Shown: positions 58,538-64,000 of the stretch, piece after piece
Layout: every line of letters begins with the position of its first letter
Position numbering within the stretch: position 1 is the stretch's first letter
Virus record (IMG/VR): IMGVR_UViG_3300017761_003320
Coordinates: 91,202 to 155,201 of that record
Source of the DNA: a virus
Reading direction: 5' to 3' (one strand)
Length of the DNA: 64,000 nt
Notes under the pieces: generated by a model
What the model saw: the letters and a program-made list of their open reading frames with translations, nothing else
Databases searched by the model: none
What the model was told of the DNA's origin: nothing
Program-made: the position numbers and the translations under genes

Positions 58538-59700
58538 TATCTAATTACCAACCCTATTTCATGAAAGATGTGCGCGAATCATCCGCGCGAGAGAGGTTCA
58601 ATGTCATTTCGACCTTCGCTGGTGGGGGTGGCTCATCTTTAGGTTATCGTCTAGCAGGTGGTAAGGTGCTATGCGTAAATGAGTTCGTCGAAGAAGCGAT
58701 AAAGACGTATACGCATAATTTTCCAGACACCAAGGTAATACCTGGGGACATCAAGGGCTTATCAGGCAAGGACTTGATGGATGCTGTGGGTATTAAGAAA
58801 GGTGAGCTAGACATATTGGATGGGTCGCCCCCTTGTTCTGCTTTCTCTACTGCAGGCAAGAGACACAAAAATTGGAATAAGACAAAGCTATACAGTGACG
58901 GTAAGAAGGTCGAGAATATTGAAGATTTGTTTCATGAATACATTCGTATAGCAACTGATATTCAACCAAAGGTTATTATTGCTGAGAATGTGCGCGGCCT
59001 AACTATTGGTAAAGCTATAGCCAAGCTAAATGAATTTATCTCAGCGTTTGAAACCATTCTGCCTGGATATTTGGTGACATACGAAGTCCTACATGCTTGC
59101 GATTTTGGTGTACCACAAGAACGACCTCGCACCTTTTTCGTCTGTGTTAGACAAGATGTTGCAGAAAAGGTCGGGCTTCATATGTTTAATATGAATACCG
59201 AGGTTATTCCAAATTCAACGTCGAATCACATATCAATGGGTGATGCTCTATCCGATGTAGCCCTTGACATGGATGAGATACAAATGTTAAAAGACTATAT
59301 TCAAAACAATTCTGAGAACCAGAGATACTGGCTTTCTATCTTACCTAAGAACCAAACAAAGAGGTTGAATCCATGCTCACCGGAGATTCCGAAGGAGCTA
59401 AATCCGAACGAGAATTACTTCACTTTGATTCGGACGTGTGCAAACTTGCCAAGTCCTACCCTGACTGCGAATGGATCCAAACGTTCAGGCGCAGGTCTGT
59501 TTCATTGGAACGAGGATCGCAAGTTCACGATACGAGAACTGATGAGATTGCAGGGCCTACCGGAGGATTACGAACTGACGGGAACCTTCGACCAGAAAGC
59601 GGAGCGAATCGGGAGAATGGTAGCACCGAAGGTGATGGCTGAGATTGCTAATCGAGTATATGATAGAATTTTGAAACCGTATAAAGAGGCTACACAATGA
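58534..59700 (+). CDS. C5-cytosine DNA methyltransferase-fold enzyme, putative carboxymethyltransferase (paralog 2)
   Basis: Same motifs (FAGGGG, GSPPCSAFS, ENVRG, QERPR, ERIGRMV) with a divergent target-recognition region. Confidence 0.85.
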   Translation: MISNYQPYFMKDVRESSARERFNVISTFAGGGGSSLGYRLAGGKVLCVNEFVEEAIKTYTHNFPDTKVIPGDIKGLSGKDLMDAVGIKKGELDILDGSPPCSAFSTAGKRHKNWNKTKLYSDGKKVENIEDLFHEYIRIATDIQPKVIIAENVRGLTIGKAIAKLNEFISAFETILPGYLVTYEVLHACDFGVPQERPRTFFVCVRQDVAEKVGLHMFNMNTEVIPNSTSNHISMGDALSDVALDMDEIQMLKDYIQNNSENQRYWLSILPKNQTKRLNPCSPEIPKELNPNENYFTLIRTCANLPSPTLTANGSKRSGAGLFHWNEDRKFTIRELMRLQGLPEDYELTGTFDQKAERIGRMVAPKVMAEIANRVYDRILKPYKEATQ

Positions 59701-60371
59701 CAAAATTTACATTTGCAACCCGTGATGAGGGTTTCGACAACCATATCAATGCATCTATTCGTCACTATGGTGATTTGTGGAATGATGTGCTTTCAATGTC
59801 ACAGTATTTTGTCGAAGATTATACGACAGTCGTTGATATCGGTTGCTCGACTGGCAAGCTACTTAAAGCTATGATTGCACAGAATACATTTGCCCCATAT
59901 GCATCTTATGTTGGTGTTGAGGTTGAACCTGATTTCTATCCTGGATTCGATCAAGATATGGGTCAATACCCAAACCTTCACTTTGAGAGAAGTGATATCA
60001 GGCCATTCAAATTCAAGAACTGTTCGCTTGTTACGTCCATTTTTACTCTGCAATTCATGCCACAACGTGATCGTCAAGATGTAATTAATTCCATCTATGA
60101 TGGCCTGCATAGAGGTGGGGCATTTATTTTTGCAGAAAAGACTGTGGCTGAGTCGCCGCGGATTCATGAGATTCGTACCTTTACATATTATGATTTCAAA
60201 CGCGAATCCTTCACTACAGATGATATTATGGATAAAGAGCGTACACTACGTCATATGATGAAGCCAAATACGCGAGAGGAATTGGTAAATATGGTAAGCC
60301 GTGCTGGCTTTGATCATATAGATTCCTTCTGGCAGAACCACGCATTTACTGGTTTCATAGCCATTAAGTAG
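59697..60371 (+). CDS. cmoA: CmoA-like carboxy-SAM synthase
   Basis: FDNHINASIRHY, VVDIGCSTG, IFTLQF, GGAFIFAEK, YDFKR, KERTLRHMM parallel the CmoA motifs (F.DM..RSVPGY, DLGCS.G, NFTLQF, GG.L..SEK). Confidence 0.75.
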   Translation: MTKFTFATRDEGFDNHINASIRHYGDLWNDVLSMSQYFVEDYTTVVDIGCSTGKLLKAMIAQNTFAPYASYVGVEVEPDFYPGFDQDMGQYPNLHFERSDIRPFKFKNCSLVTSIFTLQFMPQRDRQDVINSIYDGLHRGGAFIFAEKTVAESPRIHEIRTFTYYDFKRESFTTDDIMDKERTLRHMMKPNTREELVNMVSRAGFDHIDSFWQNHAFTGFIAIK

Positions 60372-60384
60372 CCACGTTTACCTA

Positions 60385-60413
60385 TTGACAGCATGGTGGT
60401 CATATAGTATAAT
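60385..60413 (+). promoter_or_regulatory. Consensus sigma70 (early) promoter, probably leaderless
   Basis: Exact TTGACA-N17-TATAAT; ATG 60420 begins 7 nt after the -10 box. Confidence 0.9.
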
Positions 60414-60419
60414 GACCCC

Positions 60420-62555
60420 ATGCAAAACCTTAAGCCCCAAGAGATCAAGGCCCTTGTCGAAGCGACCAAGGGTCTTGACCGTTTCGCCCGGCTTCTAGCC
60501 ACAGAAAACATCACGGTCGAACACTCGCCCACGGCGACGGCTTCTTTCGACCTTAAGCGGCGCCTGCTGACGCTGCCTATGTGGTCAGGCATGGAAGAGC
60601 CTGTATACCACATGTTGTCTTTGCATGAGGTCGGTCATGCATTGTTTACTCCGACCGATGGTTGGTCAAAGATCATTGATCCTTCCGAAGATAAACTTCT
60701 TCGCCATTATGTCAATGTCATTGAGGACGCGCGTATTGACCGCCGTATGAAGGCTAAGTTCCCTGGTGGTCGCCATGACTATGATTTTTCTGCCAAGTAT
60801 CTTGTCGAGCAAAACTTCTTTGGCATCAAAGATCGTTCTCTGGATTCCTTATCCTTCATCGACCGCCTGAATGTCCATTTCAAGGTTGGTCAAGAAGTTA
60901 CCGCGCCCTTTGATGATGATGAAAGCAAGTTCCTGCTTCGCATCGAAACCACGTCATCTTTTGATGATGTGGTAGATTTGGCGCGTGAGATCCTGCAGTT
61001 TGCCAAAGATCGTCGCGATGAAATCACCCAAGGTGAGGGTGGTGACATCGAAATGATGTTTGATTTCGATGGCGATGGTGATGGTGACGGCGATGGTGAT
61101 GAAGGTGAGGCTGGTGATGCTACTGGTGGTCGCTATGGTGACCGAGGTGGTCTGAATCGTGTCGACATTGGTTCCACCACTCAGGACAATTTCGAAAAGA
61201 TGTTGATGAGAAAGCACATCGATCCGAAAAAGACCAAGGGTATGGATTATATCAACGTGCCTGAAGTCAAGGATTATTCTTCCTTTATCATCAAGCATGA
61301 CGTGCTTTTGCAGGCCCTAGATGAGAGTCTGACTCGCATCGGTAGCGTAAGCGCATCCATGTATTCGAATAAGATGAATGAACGGTTCAAGGAATTCGTC
61401 ACGTTCAATACCAAGGCTGTGTCTTACATGGTCAAAGAGTTTGAATTGAAGAAGGCCGCGGCCGCTTATGCTCGCGCTAAGGATTCCAAGACTGGCATCA
61501 TCAATCCGAACAAGGTTCATTCTTACAAGTATTCTGAGGATATCTTTCGGCGCCTGACGACTCTGCCTAACGGTAAGAGCCATGGTATGGTGATGTTCAT
61601 TGACTTCTCTGGATCGATGCAATCCAATATGCTGGGTACCATTCAACAACTTATCTCGCTTGTCGAGTTTTGCCGCAAGACTGGTATCTCGCATCGCGTG
61701 TATGGTTTTACTACTGGCGTAGGTCGCACCCTTCGTCGGCATAAAACCCATGTATCTATCTCGAAGGAGCCTGGTGATATCACATTCAGCTCTGGTTCTT
61801 TTGACTTGCTTGAGCTGTTTAATGATCGCATGAACCGCTCGACCTATACCAGCATGGCCCGCCATCTTCATGAATTTGGTGTGGCTATGGGTGAGCGTCG
61901 TAGCTGGCACCAACAAAAGGGTGATGAATGGATTTTTCAGAATGACGTGATTGGCCTTGGCTCCACTCCGCTTAATCAGACGATTGTCTTGGCGCATAAG
62001 ATTATCCAAGATTTCCGTAGTGAGACTAAGCCAGATGTGGTGCATACGGTATTCTTGACCGACGGTGAATCTGACGGTTTGGAATACAATTCTCGCCATC
62101 ATTGGAATCCAATCATCATGCGTGACCATCGCACCAAGCACCAAGCTTTCGTCGATGGTTCGACTGAACAGACTGAGTTTCTTATCCGTAACCTACGGTC
62201 ACAACAGAATGTAAATGCGGCTGTATTCCGCATCGTCAATGGTGTTAGCGAACTTAGCCGAATGAAGCAGGGTATTGATACCGCTGCTATGACTGGCAAG
62301 CTTCGCAAGGACAAACATCTGGTGCTTCCTGGTGTGCTCGGTGCCACGCAGTTCTTTGCCGTCCTTGGTGGCAAGAACTTGAATGTTGAGGATACAGAAT
62401 TGGAAGACTTTGGTGGCGTGGCTGTGACGACTAACAAGCTTGCCAAAGCTTTTGTAAAGGCAAGTAACAAGAGGGCTGCAAGCCGCACCATGCTTGTCAA
62501 GTTCATTGACATGATCGCTGGTCATGCAACCAAAGTTGCCATTGACAAGCGGTAA
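60420..62555 (+). CDS. CobT-like VWA protein with N-terminal HExxH domain
   Basis: LLATENITV, TASFD...R.L.LP.W, HEVGHAL, NVIEDARID, MIDAS DFSGSM, TPLN, FLTDGE; acidic DG linker. Confidence 0.85.
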   Translation: MQNLKPQEIKALVEATKGLDRFARLLATENITVEHSPTATASFDLKRRLLTLPMWSGMEEPVYHMLSLHEVGHALFTPTDGWSKIIDPSEDKLLRHYVNVIEDARIDRRMKAKFPGGRHDYDFSAKYLVEQNFFGIKDRSLDSLSFIDRLNVHFKVGQEVTAPFDDDESKFLLRIETTSSFDDVVDLAREILQFAKDRRDEITQGEGGDIEMMFDFDGDGDGDGDGDEGEAGDATGGRYGDRGGLNRVDIGSTTQDNFEKMLMRKHIDPKKTKGMDYINVPEVKDYSSFIIKHDVLLQALDESLTRIGSVSASMYSNKMNERFKEFVTFNTKAVSYMVKEFELKKAAAAYARAKDSKTGIINPNKVHSYKYSEDIFRRLTTLPNGKSHGMVMFIDFSGSMQSNMLGTIQQLISLVEFCRKTGISHRVYGFTTGVGRTLRRHKTHVSISKEPGDITFSSGSFDLLELFNDRMNRSTYTSMARHLHEFGVAMGERRSWHQQKGDEWIFQNDVIGLGSTPLNQTIVLAHKIIQDFRSETKPDVVHTVFLTDGESDGLEYNSRHHWNPIIMRDHRTKHQAFVDGSTEQTEFLIRNLRSQQNVNAAVFRIVNGVSELSRMKQGIDTAAMTGKLRKDKHLVLPGVLGATQFFAVLGGKNLNVEDTELEDFGGVAVTTNKLAKAFVKASNKRAASRTMLVKFIDMIAGHATKVAIDKR

Positions 62556-62570
62556 GCTATCTGGTATAAT
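62542..62570 (+). promoter_or_regulatory. Consensus sigma70 (early) promoter
   Basis: Exact TTGACA-N17-TATAAT overlapping the end of the VWA gene. Confidence 0.9.
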
Positions 62571-62595
62571 ACACACATACACAATGGAGAGAGTG

Positions 62596-63759
62596 ATGAC
62601 CACTTCAACTGACAACCGTGAACTTTTGATCCAAACTGCTATCTCTCGTTTTGGCGAGAATGCAGTCCTGACTAAGGAAGCTTTGATCGACTTGGCTTCA
62701 GAGCTTGGTTTGCCGCGGCCGCGCTGGCTTTTTAATGACTCGGCTAATCGGGTCGAACGTGGTAAGTATCAGATTCCTGCTATCGCACATGCACAGGTTA
62801 TTCCTATGACGGCTCGCCAACAAGGTAAAAAGTTCGATCCAAATGCGGTATCCGAACATGACTACGTGATGGTCCCCGCTAAGGACAAGACCTATGTACC
62901 GTTCGGCGACTTCAAAGATGTCGAACAGATTATTCGCAGCCGCATTTTCTTTCCGGTATTCATCTCCGGTTATTCTGGTAACGGCAAGACCTTCATGGTC
63001 GAGCAGGCTTGCGCCCGCGCTGGTCGCCCGATGGTTCGCATCCAGATGTCTCGTGAGACTGACGAGGATGACCTGATCGGTGGCTTCCGTCTGATCGACG
63101 GTGAGACCAAGTTCCTCAAGGGTCCAGTGCTTCGGGCCATGGAGCTGGGTGCAATCATGCTCCTTGACGAAATGGACCGCGCCGATCCTACTAAGGCGAT
63201 GTGCTTGCAAGGTATTCTTGAGGGCAAGCCTTACTTCGTCAAAAAGACTGGTGAGGTTGTGTACCCGGCTGAAGGCTTCAACGTCTTTGTGACGGCTAAC
63301 ACCAAGGGCCGCGGCTCTGATGATGGTCGCTATGTTGCAGCCTCCATGCTTGACGACGCTCTGCTTGAGCGTTTCCCGATCACTCTTGAGCAAGAATATC
63401 CTAACACGAAGATCGAAACCAAGATCCTCACGGCTCAGTTTGATGCGCCAACTGATAATGACAAGGGCTTTATCGAGCATTTGATTGCATGGGCAGATGT
63501 CATTCGCCGTTCCTTCGCTGAAGGTGCGACTGATGAGATGATCTCCACGCGCCGCTTGACGCATATCATCAAGGCCTACAAGATGTTCAACGATCGCCAA
63601 CATGCGATTGGCCTTTGTATCAATCGTTTTGACGAGGAGACTAAGAAGTCTTTCCTCGACCTCTATCGCAAGGTCGACCCGACCCTGCCCAAAGCTCCGG
63701 AGCAGCCTGCTCCAGAGGCGGATGCCAATTCGCTCAAAGGCGATGACATTCCGTTCTAA
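62596..63759 (+). CDS. cobS: CobS/MoxR-like AAA+ ATPase
   Basis: GYSGNGKT, ETDEDDLIGG, LLDEMD, TANTKGRG, LLERF, ISTRRL. Start chosen at ATG 62596 after GGAGA. Confidence 0.88.
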   Translation: MTTSTDNRELLIQTAISRFGENAVLTKEALIDLASELGLPRPRWLFNDSANRVERGKYQIPAIAHAQVIPMTARQQGKKFDPNAVSEHDYVMVPAKDKTYVPFGDFKDVEQIIRSRIFFPVFISGYSGNGKTFMVEQACARAGRPMVRIQMSRETDEDDLIGGFRLIDGETKFLKGPVLRAMELGAIMLLDEMDRADPTKAMCLQGILEGKPYFVKKTGEVVYPAEGFNVFVTANTKGRGSDDGRYVAASMLDDALLERFPITLEQEYPNTKIETKILTAQFDAPTDNDKGFIEHLIAWADVIRRSFAEGATDEMISTRRLTHIIKAYKMFNDRQHAIGLCINRFDEETKKSFLDLYRKVDPTLPKAPEQPAPEADANSLKGDDIPF

Positions 63760-63791
63760 TACACCCACCCTAATATAGGATGTGCTTCGAT

Positions 63792-64000
63792 ATGACTGCT
63801 AAGCGTACCAAGACTGATCGTTTGCTTGACTTCCTGATGTCAGGCAACGATATTACTGAAGGCCAGGCACGTAGCCGCTTCGGTATCCAAAATCTGAGTG
63901 CGACTGCTTCCGCGCTCCGTTTCAAGGGCTATGCGGTATATGCTAACCGCAAGACCCTTGGTAATAACCGCGAGGTGACTATGTATCGCCTCGGTGCTCC
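63792..64000 (+). CDS. Small winged-HTH-like protein; partial, runs off the window's right edge
   Basis: Hand translation MTAKRTKTDRLLDFLMSGNDITEGQARSRFGIQNLSATASALRFKGYAVYANRKTLGNNREVTMYRLGA... Confidence 0.65.
   Translation, partial: MTAKRTKTDRLLDFLMSGNDITEGQARSRFGIQNLSATASALRFKGYAVYANRKTLGNNREVTMYRLGA

Noticed and set aside
59697-60371. CmoA as a tRNA cmo5U-modification auxiliary gene
   Set aside because: No cmoB or tRNA genes seen in the window; the gene overlaps Arg-variant DNA MTases, which favours a DNA role. Not strictly excluded.
60954-63768. Long antisense ORFs (275 and 356 aa, among others)
   Set aside because: Shadow frames of GC-richer, codon-biased sense genes that carry clear conserved motifs.
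1-64000. tRNA or other structured RNA genes
   Set aside because: Intergenic gaps are very short and no cloverleaf or T-loop signature was recognised by eye; a tRNAscan/Infernal run would be needed to be sure.

Overview
This window is 64 kb of a large T4-like myovirus genome with the marine/freshwater gene order seen in cyanophages and alphaproteobacterial phages. The host is probably a GC-richer proteobacterium, judged from a TctC/Bug gene and the codon usage of the capsid and early genes. It holds nearly the whole virion module: baseplate gp26/51/48/53/5/25/6/7/8, a VrlC-like protein, fibres, neck gp13/14/15, terminase gp16/17, sheath and tube, portal, prohead core and protease, MCP gp23 and gp3. 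These are followed by uvsY, uvsW, gp55, gp47 and gp46, then an accessory block (gmd, fcl, def, an Asn-synthetase-like ligase, two C5-cytosine MTase paralogs, a CmoA-like gene) and a CobT/CobS-like VWA/AAA pair. Main observations: (1) an apparent carboxy-SAM-dependent cytosine hypermodification cassette, in which both MTases carry Arg instead of the conserved motif-X Asn; (2) a candidate virion-modification system of three glycosyltransferases, a DSBH oxygenase and a methyltransferase beside fibre genes, with GDP-fucose synthesis elsewhere and [A/S/G]-N-[T/S] motifs recurring across virion proteins; (3) a fibre whose tetrapeptide repeats are mirror-symmetric around a Phe-rich tip; (4) a T-TTT-TTT -1 frameshift site joining gp26 to gp51 upstream of a tape-measure-like gene, as in lambda G/GT; (5) several apparently leaderless sigma70 transcripts. 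All calls come from motif recognition and synteny. No database searches were run.
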